NCBI GenBank assembly: GCA_046563655.1
Contig: CM102287.1
Coordinates: 5,332,001 to 5,396,000 of the forward strand
Length of the DNA stretch: 64,000 bases
Direction: 5' to 3'
DNA from: Yuukianura sp. NJ FZ-2021
Lineage: Eukaryota
Under the pieces are notes generated by a model. That model was not told where the DNA came from. It ran no database searches and saw only the letters and a list, made by a program, of their open reading frames with translations. Below, one piece after another: positions 1 through 14,168 of this stretch (positions are counted from its first letter, which is position 1; every line of letters starts with the position of its first letter). The translations under genes were made by a program, and so were the position numbers.

Positions 1-813
1 CATCACTTTCAATTTTTTGTCGAGGTGGTAACGCTGATAGTGAGATTATGTAAACTAGTGCTCGTGGACCACGCGTTTGACCTTGCACGTTCTAAACTAA
101 AACTGGACACGCTTACTCTCAAATGTTTAATATTATCCTGTATACCACTTGGCAAAAGTGAAGGTTAAGAGCATATAGGCTCAGAGTGTCAATTTGAACT
201 AAATCCTATAATACACAAAGTCTCTACTGATGCTTTCTATTCTGGGCTATGTGTTACTATACTGTTGTTGTACTCAATTCTTTTGTTAAACTTTTCACAA
301 CTGAAACTAGATGAATCCTGTGGGAGTGGGAAGTGATCAATTTGATAACTGGTAATTGGACGTATTTTAATTACTAAATTTTATTATACCAGATCTGTGA
401 CTGACAATTACATAGGTTCTAAGCTTTTTAAAGGAGAAACTGGTTTTAATTCTCGAAACTCATTGAAAAGTCAAAAAATATCGTTTAATTTTCATCCATA
501 CTCATAAGAAAATGACGCCGTGTTTGAAATCTCCCGCCGTTTCAAAAAATATACAAATCGATTAGATGCGTTGGAACGAAACAGCGAGAAGAAAATTAAA
601 TTTATAATCGACGTTTAGGTTTTGATTCTCTTTATGAAAGAAACTGAAATGAATTCTCCAAAAAGTTAAAAAAAAAATTTCACAAGATATTTTTTTTGAA
701 TTTTAGGAAAGTGAAATTTTGAATTTGATGTTTTATTTGCCAACTAAATATTGCAGTTCTCTGATCAGTTTAGATTTGTAAGAGTAAAAGTAAATTCAAA
801 GTAAAAGTAAAGC

Positions 814-2116
814 CTAATTCTGGAGCTCCTTCATAAAAACGTTATGCAGAATGACTTTCTTCCTTCGTTTGCTGTAAGTGTTGTCAAATGTCACTGCGTA
901 TGTTCCCACTCTGTCGCAGACCATTGACCCCTCCTTCTGCGTCACATGAGCGTCAATTCTGTGATTGTCCACAAGAGCCTCTGACCTTGACCCAAACTCA
1001 TCTTTAAACGTCACTTGAAATCCAATGTCATAGCCCTCTGATTTGATTCTCCACATGAGCAACAATGTTGACTCTTCATCTAACTGTGATTTAGACACAG
1101 GAAATTCAAGTTCAATTTTAGATCCTGCTGGAACTTCTGTTCTCGTAAAATTTGACTCTGGAGTGTCGAAACTTCCTTTTCGACTATTGGATCTTTTGAG
1201 GTCAAGAGTTCCACTGACGTCAAAAATTGAGTTTCGACCTTGGGACATGTCGGCTTTGAAGTAGTTCTTGGGCAATGGTCCATCGTTCCAAATGCTTGCA
1301 TTTGAGCAGTACTCATCACTTCCTGGAAGAGTTCCACCGTAAAACGGTGGTAGCAGTTCAGATGGAACTTTTTCTAAAAGTGCTCTTTGCCATTTGGCTG
1401 GATTTGGACCAAAAAATTCCATTTTGCCAATCGTGCGAGGAGACAGGAAAGGACGCAGAAGTGCAAAAAATATTGGGAAAATCCTTGGCGTGTTGATGAA
1501 AAAGCAGTGTTTCAAAATTTCAGGATAATTGGCTTCAAAAATTCTGAAAAATTCTATTGCTCCTTGACACACTGTGCGACTGTTCAGTTGTCTGTAAGAA
1601 AACTGTTGACAATCAAAAATAACCAAAACTTGATTCACCGGTTTGTTCAAACGTTTTGAAGATTTTTTAATTTCATCTTCCAGCATCACGAGCAACTTAA
1701 TTGCAGCTCGAACTCCAGGAATCAAATCGCCAATTTCAATTACTTCACGCATGTCCCAAACTCCCATGGGACAAATGAATACTAAAAAACGCAACACCAA
1801 AATTTTCAAAATCATTTTAAAAAAAAAATGTTTTTCGAAGCTTACTTGGAGATCCTTCTGAATCTGATCCCAAATGAGCATATCGAAAGTAGTTGTGAAC
1901 TGGTTTCCAATCAAGCAGTGTATGCAATTCGTTTCGGATGGTCCATGCCATTGACCTGCGCAACATTAGCTCTGCTTTGTCCAAATCAAATTCCCGGGCG
2001 CGCAGCCACCGAATAAGGTAATGGTCATCTTTCAGATTCTCCGGCGGAACGACGTCTGTCACCCGTTTTCGAAATTTTTGCACAATGACGAGTTCTTTGG
2101 AATCAATTGTCGTCAT
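814..2116 (-). CDS. SEC14-like lipid-binding protein (CRAL-TRIO N, CRAL-TRIO, C-terminal GOLD domain); exons 2116-1846 and 1781-814
   Basis: Motifs DDHYLIRWLRAREFDLDKAELMLR, FEANYPEILKHCFFINTPRIF and LLPPFYGG, plus GOLD-like YDIGF...GTYAVTFDNTYS. GT-AG intron 1845-1782 restores the frame. Confidence 0.92.
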
Positions 2117-3473
2117 GTTCGTTTCAACGGTTGTGGTGGGTTTCTTGTTAGGTTAACAAGGTTAGTTAGGTTCTGGGGTAGAATTGTTAGGCTAGGTGAG
2201 TCCTGTTTACTTGTACTTTGCAAACTGACAAGCACTTTATCCAAGTGCTGGACATGACTCGTCAAGTTTTGGTTTAAAACCTGTTTTCTCCTTGGAAATT
2301 AAACAGGATAGGCAAGGTTCTACAACAAAATAACAAAAATACTTTTGTTTTTTGTGATACATTTTGGTTTAAATTGTGACGTAACAAGGGAAGTTCTTTT
2401 TTAATGAATTTATAATAGAAGGTTTCAATATTTCCAAATAATTGTGAATTCTGAATTGCGGAATCCAGTTTTTGCTACAGAGAATTTTTTCGTTCCAAAA
2501 CAAAAGAATTTTTTCCGGAGTTCGCATCGCTTTAAACTGGAGGAAATCACGCAAGGCTTTTCATTAGTAGCTTCCAGTATTCGTTAGGACAAAACTTGTT
2601 ATTATTTTTTCAATTTTGAAATTTGGGATGTTGTTTTTTTCGACGCGTGAAATCGAAACGGAATAAACAAAAATGTTCATGCGACAGCACGGGAAAGCTT
2701 TAATTATGCTGAAGCTTATGTTGAGCTTATAATTAATTAAAGTGGACTTTGTGAATTCTTGATTATATTGTGAGACTTTTCATGCAATGCAGATCGTATG
2801 ATGAGATTTTTCTCACCACAAACTGTAAAAGGAAAGCTTTCCGTGAAATTTTATTTCTATAATAAATGTCTCCTCCTGCTAGGTTAGGATTTTAAATTTA
2901 AAGAAGTTGATTAACATTCCCAAAACGTCAAAAAGTTTTAGCTTGAGAGTAATGCATTTTCCAAACTTTATTTCTTGCTTTAAAACGAGCGATGCAGCAG
3001 ATTATGTGCCCCGGAATTGAAAAAAAAATCATAATGTGAGTCACATTGTGTAAATCTGAAATCCCCTGAGATCATTTAATCAGTTTAGCAGTACGTGCAG
3101 GTTATTCTTTGTTGAAATCGTGTGTGTAAAAAATATCGAGGATCTAAAAAAAACAAAATTTTTAAAAACTGGTTTGACAGCTTTCTTCAGTTTCGAATGC
3201 TGCGTTGTGTTGTTTTTGCTTTTCTGCGTAAAAAAATTTCCTTGATGCAGTTCAAGGTTATGTTATGCGCACATGCTTCAAATGTCGTCACTCTACAGAC
3301 TAAAACAATTATCAAAGCTGACGTAAATGCTACTAGACTGGAATTTTGTTTTAATTTTGATTTCTAATAATTCCGAAATTTTGGGATTCATTTTTGAGTC
3401 AACGTTTATAGTTAACAGAACGAAAGAATTGTTAAATAGGCTACTCTTCAGAGACTTTTAACTTGATGTTGGC

Positions 3474-5569
3474 TTAGCCAAAAAAGGAGTTGAAGCGTTC
3501 CTGATACGGTTGCGTAAAAAGTCGTCGCTCAAATGGGCCAACCCCTCGTTTCAAATTTGCCACACTGTAGGTTACGTGACCAGTCTCCGGCGACAAGCGT
3601 CGCTCTCCAGCATTGTTCTGGATATCAGCAATCCCGTTCCAAACTTCCTCTGAAACAAATAAAACTATTAAGTCAACACACTTTCCCTAACAGTTAACCT
3701 AATCAGAAGCAGTAAATTATGTTAGTTTGGTAATGAATGATACAAGTAATTGTAAGTACCAGACTGCCCGGATGGAGGTCGTGACCTCATAAGAGGAATT
3801 ATGGAGTCACTTTCGAGTGCCTTGACCCTGCCCGAATATGGTCGTTTCTCTGCAGATTCAATTGATGAAAACGGATATGGATTACTTCCGTAAAGTTCAA
3901 TGACATCGCCATCCTCATCGTTGTCAACAAAGTCAGTTTCGCTTTCCCTGCCCACAACACGATCCTTCCCTGGTCCATGGAGAACGTTCTCCTTTGAGGT
4001 CAACATGGACATCAATTTCATGTAGTACTGGTCAGGCGTCAGACTCTGAGAGTTTCTACACGCATAACAAAAAAAATCAGAGAACAACTTAAAAATGAAA
4101 AACTCTTTAAACTAACACTAAAAACACGCTAAGCTCAAAAGACTTACTGAAAGTTGGTTCGACGTGGTCTACCGAAAACAGTTGCAACTGTAGCTCCGCT
4201 TCCTTCGAAAAAAAAAATCGGGTTCGTTTCTTTTAAAGAATGAAACAAACTGTATTCTGGACTAAATTCAACTTGCCAAACCTTTGTCGTTGCTGTTGCC
4301 ATGTTCTGTATTGATATTTCTGAAAATCCAGAATTAAAAATTCTTTTGAAGTGCCTCACTTTCAATACTTTCAAATTTAATTTGATTTTGAAGTGCTTTT
4401 TTTTAGACTAAATTGAAGTCAAAGTATGACTTCCAGAAGACAAATCAAATTAGCAAACTCGGAAGATGCGTCGTCACATTTGTTGATTTTGCCATTCAAA
4501 TTCTAAAACACAGAAGTTCTTCAATTCTCACTTGTAATTTAACTTTTAGAATAATAGATTTCTAGCAAGCACAGCTCGTCTTTTTAATTTCTTTGAAAGC
4601 TTTTTATTTGGATTCACAAAGTGTTTTTTGATACTATTCGACAGGCAATGTGTAGGTGTTGTGACGAAGGCATTGAATAATGTGAAGTATAGGAATTTGC
4701 TCTGTACTTTCGCCCAGTACTTTCTCCGTTGCATTCCAAAAACTAATTAATTTGTAAAAGTGCCCCAATTTCTTAAGCGAATTTACTTTGCACTCGTGTA
4801 AAACTTTCTGCCACAAGTTGTGGCAACCATACTTCAGTATGTTAGTTTTGTTTTAAAAGTTCGGAGGAAATGAAATTATGTAATGTATTACTTTTTCTTA
4901 ACAATTTTTTGCAAATTTGCAGGATTTTTTTATCGATTCTTTTTTGCACAATTGCACCAATTTTTGCCAACGGCTTCGGTGGACTTCGAGCAGTTTAGCA
5001 GCCGTATTATTAGAAAGAGCTTGTTTAAGAAAGTGTTCTGTTTGAAAACGAGACTTACCGGTTAAGCTGTTGGTGATTTGGAATTGAAGAGTCCTTCTTG
5101 GCGACCTGTTTCATTACTTCTGAACACAAATAAAACAATTAAAACTTGGAAATTTCCCATTACAAACAGAATTACAGTTACACCGGAAATACTAAAATGC
5201 TTTCCAAGTACCCAATGCAGTACATCAAACTAACAATTCACAGGTTTAATTGTGTTAGATCAACTTAGAAATTGACTATGGCCTTCAAAATACAAAACAA
5301 AGTTTTCAACCCTTTTTTTTAATTATATTTAACTTAATTCGTTTCTTGTTCCGCAGAAAATAATTATTGATGCCATTGTTCGTGACAATAAAGTGAACAT
5401 TTATAGTTGTTCAGTATGTATTTATATTTTATGTCTAATCCTAATCTAAATACATAGTATTGTAATATATCCTACCTGTTGTAGTAGTCCATCGGTACCC
5501 TTGAGTTTTCGGAACTGCACCCACCGATACCAAAACGACAAAACTTATCACGCGCATCCCTCGTAGCAT
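3474..5569 (-). CDS. Putative secreted neuropeptide/prohormone precursor, 6 exons (5569-5476, 5119-5059, 4319-4282, 4202-4148, 4055-3760, 3649-3474)
   Basis: All five GT-AG introns are phase-compatible and give one ORF. It has a signal-like N-terminus MLRGMRVISFVVLVSVGAVPKTQG, several KK/KR/RR sites and the C-terminus KR-GVGPFE-RR-LFTQPYQERFNSFFG-stop. Confidence 0.7.
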
Positions 5570-5725
5570 AATTTTTAGAATTTCAGCAAGTTTAGAGGGT
5601 AGGTGCTTTTCCAAATTAGGTTTGAAATCTGCAAAGTATTTGGTAAACTAAACATAAACTGTTAAACGTAAAACCAAATTCCAAACTTTTTGAATTGCAA
5701 AAATTACAATTTGAAAATTGGGAGT

Positions 5726-5788
5726 TCGGTATGACTAAATTTGAATGCGGTATGACTAAATTGGAATTCGGTATGACTAAATTTGAAA
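5726..5788. repeat. Three tandem 21-bp repeats (ttcggtatgactaaatttgaa)
   Basis: Directly visible, with 1-2 mismatches per unit. Confidence 0.8.
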
Positions 5789-6787
5789 CTGGGAGTGCAG
5801 TTTAACTGGTTTTCAACAAATGGGTAAAACTCGAAACACTACACCACTTACACCATATTCAGGGTTACTCAACAGCATAATAGCAAATTTCTGAAAATAA
5901 AAAGCGTTAGACATTTTTTAAACACACTTCTTACCGTATTTTGTTCAAGAAGCAACAAATTAGCGAATCAGAGTTAGAAGAAAGTCAATGCAATCATGGA
6001 CAATTAGATCGACTGCCGAGTTGAAGTTTGATTTGTAGCAGAAAGGTGTGCATTTGTTTTTCTAAATCCTGTCTAATTACCAACTTTGTGTTTAGAAATT
6101 TGAAAATTTGAAATGAATAATGTTTACTTGTAAGTGGAATGATCCTGATTAACGACGCTTTCCTTATCTCTCGCAGTAGACAAAGTTTATATACGCGTAG
6201 GAATCCTTGTCGAAGTTGCGTGGGATGGAGCTGGCAGGGGCAACGCAGATGAAGTCAAAATGAGTTCACAGGGAAACTTTTCTCTGGAAAAATTGAGAGT
6301 GAAAGTTACTAAAGTAGGCTTCAATTTCAAAAAAATGCTAACCAGTTTTTGATGAAAAGCAGAAAAAGCTTCACAAAAAGTTTTGCCAAGAGAAATTCAA
6401 AACGCCAACTTTCATTTCATTAGTTTTCATTCAAATTGAAGGAGTTTCATTTTCCTAGTGAAAATTAAAGCTGTTGTTTATGTCAATTAGGAATTCAAGT
6501 AATAATCCGAAAATTATAATAATAAAAAATTTTGTTTTACTAATTAATTAGCTTAGTTCCACGAAAATTTTTAGCATTATTCACGTAAACAAAACTGTGC
6601 TGTTCCTTTTTAATGAAGACGGTTTTCGTATCACTTTTTGCTTCGCTTGAATCAGAAAGAACTTGTGCTAATTAATAACACTGAAATTGTCTCTCAAACA
6701 TTTCAACTAAAAATAGTTCATTTAGATGGTAATAAAAGCATTTAAAATCAACAAAAAATGCTTAATGCCTAACAAAAGCTTGTACGG

Positions 6788-8092
6788 TTAACGAAAAGTA
6801 AGTAGTAGGTCCACTGTGGTTTTGAGCACAACATTGACATAGGTTTGGAGACAGAAATTTCTACTGGACACAGTAAATATTCCACCTACATTCATTGTGA
6901 TTGGGCGACACGACATTCGGAAAGCATGGTCAAATTTTGTGAGAGGCAAATTTTTAGAATTCTGAAACGAAATAAAACGTTTTGAGTGAATACTGATGTT
7001 TACACTAATTTGACATAGGACAAGACCCATGGCCAGTACTGCAATGTCGAGAGTTGTAATCAGGAACAGTATGAGGGGATCTCTGGTCCAACTTGCCTTC
7101 ATCAGCATGAATGTAAATCCAATGACGAAGAATATGTCCCCGTAGTACGCAATTTGAAACCAATGTCTAAAGTGGTCGTTCATCCTGATTCCATATACTT
7201 GGAGCGTTCTGTAAAGGGTGTAGCGTTTTAGCCGGTCAGATTCTCCTCTTCTATCAAAAGATGTAGGTTGAGCCAAGAGTTTGAGCCATTGCATAAGTGA
7301 AACCTCCATTAAAAGTGCAGTGAGCAAGCTGAAGCAGGCCCAAAACGCAAAAACGTTTCCCCCCAAACCAGTGATGATACCCGCTAGAATAGCTCCGACA
7401 GTATCGTTTTGGACTAAAAGTGAGTAGAAGCGGACCAATAGCCTCATAAAGAAAAAATTTGTGATTGCCGCCAGAACAATTACAACAGGCAGTTCGACTA
7501 ACACCATAAATCCCAGCAGCCTGAACGGTTTAAAGCACAGATACAGCAGTTTGTCACTTTCAGCCCATTTGACCATGTCGCGAATTGTTTTACCTAAAAA
7601 GCAAAAATAAAAATGCTTCATTGTTAGTTTAGATTCAGGCAAATTAAAAATGTTAATTCTCAAATTCAACGTGATTCAAATTCTAGCGTGGAAAAAGAAA
7701 AGAATTTATTTATTTCGTGTAATTTAGGAAATTGAATTTTTACGTGCGGTTCGATCAGTACTGAACAACTGATTCAGAAATTGCATAGATTTGTCTGTAT
7801 TCGTGTTCCATAATAGCTCTGCGTAGAGAAAATACCAAACTATGATGTTGACAGAAATGCTGCCCGCGAATTCAAGGTCAGTTTTACTGTTTACAAGCGT
7901 TCCGAGTGTTAATATACCCGTTAAAACACCAAGAATGCGCCCAAATATATAAATATTAGCCACGATTTTCCTTTGCTTATGTATTGCAGGTAAAATTTGC
8001 CATTGAGAATTTACGCAGCCCAACTTGAATGGACAAATTTTAAAATATGCTCCAATGTCTAGGTATCGGCGGTACTCAGAGTAGGCTGACAT
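6788..8092 (-). CDS. Divergent multi-TM chemoreceptor-like (gustatory receptor superfamily) protein, copy A; exons 8092-7744 and 7593-6788
   Basis: Several hydrophobic helices, a YRTLQ motif and a C-terminal VLKTTVDLLLTFR helix. The phase-1 intron is shared with the paralog at 51918-53394. Family assignment is by topology only. Confidence 0.6.
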
Positions 8093-9270
8093 TTTAGAAT
8101 AGTTGTGTAAGCGCCTATGGTGTTGACATAATAGTAACAGCAGAAAAGAAATCTGTTCAACCGAAAAAGAAGTAAATTTTCTGAAAAGTTGTTTGAAAAT
8201 TGAACCTTCAATTGAAAAAACGAGACCTTCTAATGCCCACCCGCCCGCGACCTCGATATTTTGTCCACCCGCCCAGTACCAACAGGGTATCGGGCGGGTA
8301 TAGGGTTACCCTACTGAGTAGGGCTCGCTGCGCTGCAAATTGCAGTCTGCAATACCCTACGGCCGACTCCCCTGGTCCAGACTTGCAGAAATAAGAATTC
8401 CTGCACGTCTTTATAAACACTAAAAGTAACCACAATTTTCTCCGGAATGTCATAAACAAGTCCAGAATGCTAAAACTAAAAAGCTAAGAGATGTTTATTC
8501 TTGCAAAAACACAAAATGCATTGGACAAACGTTTTTGATGATGATGTAGAAGTTTTTAACTGTAACCTTGCTTCTCAAACCAAAACATATTTCAGTGAAA
8601 GTGGAAGCATTATGGAGGAAATACTGGAAATTCTCATAAAAAATAAATAAAAGGGAAAGTACTTTTCAAGTAATAGACCTCGATGTAATGTGAAAATTGT
8701 ATGTAATTTAGTTAGCTTAGCATTATACTAAACGTATATTCAATATAATTCTTAGGTCGGAACTACTTAGAAATTGCATTCATGAACCCTGCGTGATTTG
8801 GTCAAAAGTGAAATGATCAGAAAGTGAAAAGGTCAGAAAGTGAAAAGCTCAAAAACGAAATGAACTATACGGCTATGTATGTTTTAGAAATATAAAAACT
8901 ATTATAGCCTTCCACTGCCGTATTTTTTATTTTACTATATTTATGCTCAACGGATTATATTTATTTATTTAGTTAATCATTAATTAAATAATGTTCCCAT
9001 TTGTAATAAAATTACGCTGATAACCAAAAATTTCTGAAATTCGGGCACCACTTACCACATTTAGTACAGCGAAATTCAGAGGTGAAAGTTCCATAGTTGG
9101 GTTGCCATAAGCATACATTTCAACAAGTAACACAGATAATAAATCATCTCGTTGCGTTGCCTCATTCGTTTCTAATTTGGAAAGTTTTTTTTTATGTTTT
9201 TATGCGTGTTTGGCTCAAAATTTTTGTTTTTGTTTTTTGGTACAAAGCAGTGTAGTGCTCAAACTGAAAA

Positions 9271-12200
9271 ATGAATAGGTTATGCAGAATATTAAAGAAA
9301 GGAACTGGACCTTCCAAGAAGGAAAAAACTGGCAGCAAGGACAGTGAAACCAATTCCGTCGACACCAGCGACAGAGACGTTAATTCTACCGTTCCGACTG
9401 GAGTGACAAGTTCAGAGTTAGTCACTCCGACAAGATGTATATATGTGGTATGTTTAGTTCCAACATTTTCAAAATTAGAAAGACTTTAAAAAAAATATTT
9501 CCTAAAAATTTCTTAAGAACCCCGAATTCAATCGGAGCCTAACGGGCTACAATGCTTCGCACAAAAATTCAAAATCTCCTGAAAAACCAAATTGTTCCAC
9601 AAACCTCGGAGTTCTGGAAGCAGCCAAATCTGTTATGAACAAAAGTTTTGTACAGGAAAGCCCTGCTTTCACTCAACTGGAGGAAAGCTATGTTCAAACA
9701 GAAACTCAACCAGAACCAACGTTTAAAAAATCAAACATTGAAACAAACAGAAGATCTAATTTTACCAAAACACATTCCGGTATAGCACAAGTGACGTTTG
9801 AAGAAGAGCCGAAGGATCGCGGTGACGCTTTTCCAGTCGCCGATGCTTCGAGGACAGAAAATGAATTGGAAAAAGATTTTAATGAAAATGCCAAAAATGA
9901 CTGGACTTCGAAATTTCTGGATTTACCCGAAAATCTTCCTTCATCCAATTCTTTTGCTTTTGTTGTTGACCAAGTCAAACTCAATTATCAAATTAATGGA
10001 TCCTCATCTGCCAATAGTCAAGTCAATTGCGATGTGAACTCTAGGAAAGTTTTGGTGGATAACAATGGAAGTGAAGTGGTTGTGTCACGTACAGATCCAA
10101 ATACTTCTGAAATTTTGAACTATATTCGTTCAACAGTTCGTGACATTGGCAGTGATTTGTACTCAGCTTGTGACTGGTCCAATCAAGCCAATCGAAGTAT
10201 TGAACTTAACCGTCGTCATTCGGACCCACCGTCGAGACAGGTCAGGAGAATCCAATTTTCCAAAATTTTGAGTTTCAAAATTTTTTTCTCCAAATATGAT
10301 CATTAGTTTCCATGGGAACCGAACCCACCGCGTTGCGGTTTGGTTGTTGATGATGAAACGAATCACTTGCGATTTGAAAATCCCGCGTCAACAGAACTCC
10401 ATCCAACAACAGCTCAATACACAACGCAACGTACTCACCGTAATGATTTGAATCGAAATCCGACAAATTTCGACGCAATGCATCATCATGCCCGGAATGT
10501 CCATTCCGCTGACACTCCTTCACATCGCTTGCGCGAAATCATCCAGAACCAAAATTCTGACGTAAACAATAACGTAAGTTACAACCGTACTCATAACATT
10601 GACCATAACAATCCAATGCTTAACTTGGGTAAACTTAACATTTTAGCATTGCATTCAAGAGCAGTCGCCATCTACTAGCACCGAATCCCTCCAGACTTCT
10701 CACCAATTCACGACTCGGACAAACTCAAATCCGTTTTTGGTGGAATCCGAATTCGGATCGGAATGTTTCAGTCGCCCAAGAACAAAAGCTCGTCGAGATC
10801 CGAGTTTTCCAGTCGATTCAAATTGTCATTTCAGCAGTAGCGGAGTTTTTGAACGACGCAGTTATAGTCCAAGCGTTCCCGGTAAATTCAAATTCAATAT
10901 CATGACATTATGTCATTTTGTAACATTGCTATTTTTGCCTCTCAGAAAGCACTGATGGTGAGCGAGGCAGAAACAGGCCACGCCCACGCTCTCCCGTAAA
11001 GCAAAGAAACTATGTCACCAACAACGTCTCAAATCGCGTTGCTGATACAAGCGTCGTTTTGGACGAAGCACAGCATGCCATGTCAGCGCTGTTCAATGAC
11101 CTGCAATCGCTCTGGATCAACGTCTCTGACACTCACAAAGTTCCACTTCCAGCTTCATCGGTAACTTTTTAAAAAATTGAAAAGAAATTCGATAGCTTTT
11201 TTTCTTAAATTGAATTGAAATTCAAATTCAAATTGGCGTAATCTTAGGGCATCCTCAGTATGATTGGACTCTCGTCGTACATGGTCAAAAACATTGAAGA
11301 TGAATGGAAGTCTCGTGAAAACTTTGGTGTTGAGAAGAACGGGTATTACAAAATCAAAATTTTGAAATTAATTTTGAAAACTATTTCAATTTTTTATGCA
11401 GAATCAGTACAGCAGCCCAAACGCATCAGCTACTCCGAAGTCGTCTAGATGAAGCCAGTGCTAACGAAAGTTACCTCCGTTCTGAACTGTCCTATTTGCT
11501 CAAAGAAAAAGACATGATGACAAATGAAATCAAAGAACTGTCACTTCAATTGGCAACTTTGAAAAAGAGGTCAAAGGTCACGGATTCAGTGGGTTCACCA
11601 GCACAAGACGGTCCGTTTTTTACTGTTCCTGGACTGAGTTCCACAAGCAGTACTTCAATGGGATTCAACGTGACAAATGACCCAGAGCAAATGATCAATC
11701 CAGCAGTGAAAAAGCGGGAAGACGACTTTGCTTCCATTTTGAATAGTGTACGAGACCGTGGAAATGAAATGGGAGGCTTCCAGTCACAAATTGCGCAGTA
11801 CGATGTTGAGTTAGATGCGCTTAGACAAACAATTGGAGCTACAAATTGCAAGATGCAGGATCTGGAGCGGACTATTTCAAAATTGGAGGAGGAGAACAAA
11901 GTCATTGGTCGAGAGAGAGCTCACTACGAGGGAATTTTGAAATTGATTGTACAGGAAAAGCAACATGGAAATTCAAATGTGACTGAACTTTTGAAAAGTT
12001 TGATTTCAAAACTTAACGAAATGGAAGCAGAAATTAACCCGGAAGGTGCACTGATGGAAGGAGCAATTTTGGCTCTGCAGGAACAGAATTCAAATTTTAG
12101 GTTTCTAGAATTCGCCAAAAAACTTTGAAAGTTTGGAAAGTTTTGAAAATTCATAATTTCAAATCTTCTGTTTTCTAGAAACGTAATACAGCAGCTCAAG

Positions 12201-13422
12201 GAAGCTTTGGGAAAAGTTGGACCGAGTTGTATGAACGGTACTTGCCAAGAAGAAGCTAGAAGTGCCGCTGCAGAAAATTTTTTCAAAATTTTGAATGAAA
12301 AAGATGAGGAAGTCAAGCAACTTCAGTTGAGCCATGAGTTAAAATATGCACAGTTCCAGGAAATCCATGATCTGGTGTCACAAGCCAAAGTAAGTTCAAA
12401 AGAAGTGTCTAATTTTTGAAAAAAAAATGTGTAAAAAAGATAACTAAATTTTGTCTCTCAAAAAATTGAAGTCTAAGTTGGAAGTGTCTTTGGCCGAAAA
12501 AAATCGCGAACTTAAGAAATTGAATGAAGAAGTTTCTGCGCTCAGAAAATCAAACAATCGCCATGACCTGCGACTTGAAGAAGCCAAAAGTCGAAACGCA
12601 AAGCTCCTTCGCGAGAATACCGAGTTTAAACAGAAGGTATAAGAATTGAGATTTAATAATTTGTAATTATTTATTACATTTTATTAGTTTCTTTAATTTT
12701 GGTTTTTCAATTTATGTGCAAAAAGACTGAAACGCTTAGCAAAGTCGTGAAGAACCTCCGAGCAACGTTTAATGAAAAGCGAAACGAATGGATTGAGCGG
12801 GAACGTGCAAGTAACGACGGAGTTGCTCAGGCCCAAGAACAATCCAAATGGTTTCAAACGCAAATCGCCTCGCTTACGGAACAGCTAGCTGATGCCAACG
12901 AGCGACTCAAGGCACACGAAAAGGAAAAGAAAGGACTTGCCAAAAAATTGCAGAGTGCTGAGGAGGAGCGGTTAGCAAATTTTGAACTTCCAAGAATAAA
13001 GCGACTCAATTTTTTTTATTTTGAAGTTTTTGTTTTTGAAATTTAGAAAAGTCGTTGACTCGAACCTCAACGAGCTACGGATAGCCCTTCAAGGAGGAAA
13101 CGTCCTCACGGATGCTTTGATGGAACGAAATGATGCACTCAAAAATGAAATCAATCGACTTCGTCGTGCAAAAATGCAAAATTTGGAGTTGACCTCGGTC
13201 AAGGATTTGGATTTGACCTCAGTCAAGGGCATGGAGGAAGCGGGAGTTGAATCCCCACCGCCATCTGAAATGGGAACTTCGTGTGGATTCAAAGATGCTG
13301 CTAGGCTTCAACCAAATGCAGATGAGAAACGAGGGCCAAAGAAAAATTGTTTCACGTCCGTCAGCAACTACGAAGAACCACGAGTTGTGGTAAGTCGCGA
13401 TAAGGTCAAAGGTCAACACTGA
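9271..13422 (+). CDS. Multi-exon protein with low-complexity N-terminal half and long coiled-coil C-terminal half; function unknown
   Basis: Chain of plus-strand ORFs (9271, 9635, 10340, 11496, 12207, 12451, 12699, 13021) separated by short AT-rich introns. E/K/Q/L heptad-rich segments are present. Internal exon boundaries are approximate. Confidence 0.7.
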
Positions 13423-14168
13423 TTTTGGTGGCCTAGGGTCATTGAATTTTACAACTTTTCATTTTGTGTGGTGAAATTTAGGCTTCAATGCAGATTCCTT
13501 CCTCGGAGAGGAACACAAAATGAAGAATTCAAACTCTTTGAAAAACCATGCCTGTAATTTATACACAAAATTTCAAATGCATTACGAAGTTGAAGTAACT
13601 TTGCTCAACCCAAAATCGTATTAAAGCTGAATTTATTAGTTTATACTCCTCTGTTCCGCTGTTTTTGTACCATTTTCAATTTTTTTTGATATTTTTTCTT
13701 TAAACACCAGCTTCGTTCTCCCGTTTTCTCATTTTGACGTTTTGTTGATTTTGTGGTAAAATGTGAACCAATTACCATTGACGTCAGTTTCAGTACATAG
13801 CTGTGTCTTGCAGCGGAAGCTAATGCAAGTATGACCGGAAATTTTGACCTTGACGAGTATTATCATAACTGTCGGACAAGTCCGGAGAGTTATTCACGGA
13901 AAAAATTCAACTGAAGACGAATCTATTTTTTATGAGAAAGGACATTAGGCAGAAAATTTACTTGGTTATGGTCACAAGAGTTTTGGCAAAATTGCACGAT
14001 TTTATCGATTTTGGACAAAAAGTTTAGTCTCGCTCGGTCACGCAACCAATTCAATTCAGTCACTACAAATTTTCTAAACGTAGTACATAGCTATGTACTG
14101 TAGAGGGTGACATTTTTTTGGGAAACGCAGCAATAACTTTGTAGAAAGTCAAAAAAAGAGGAAGAAAA

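Noticed and set aside
9100..9116. RFX X-box implying a ciliary role for the coiled-coil gene
   Set aside because: Only one half-site (GTTGCCAT) matches well, and similar half-sites occur elsewhere in repeat-like DNA.
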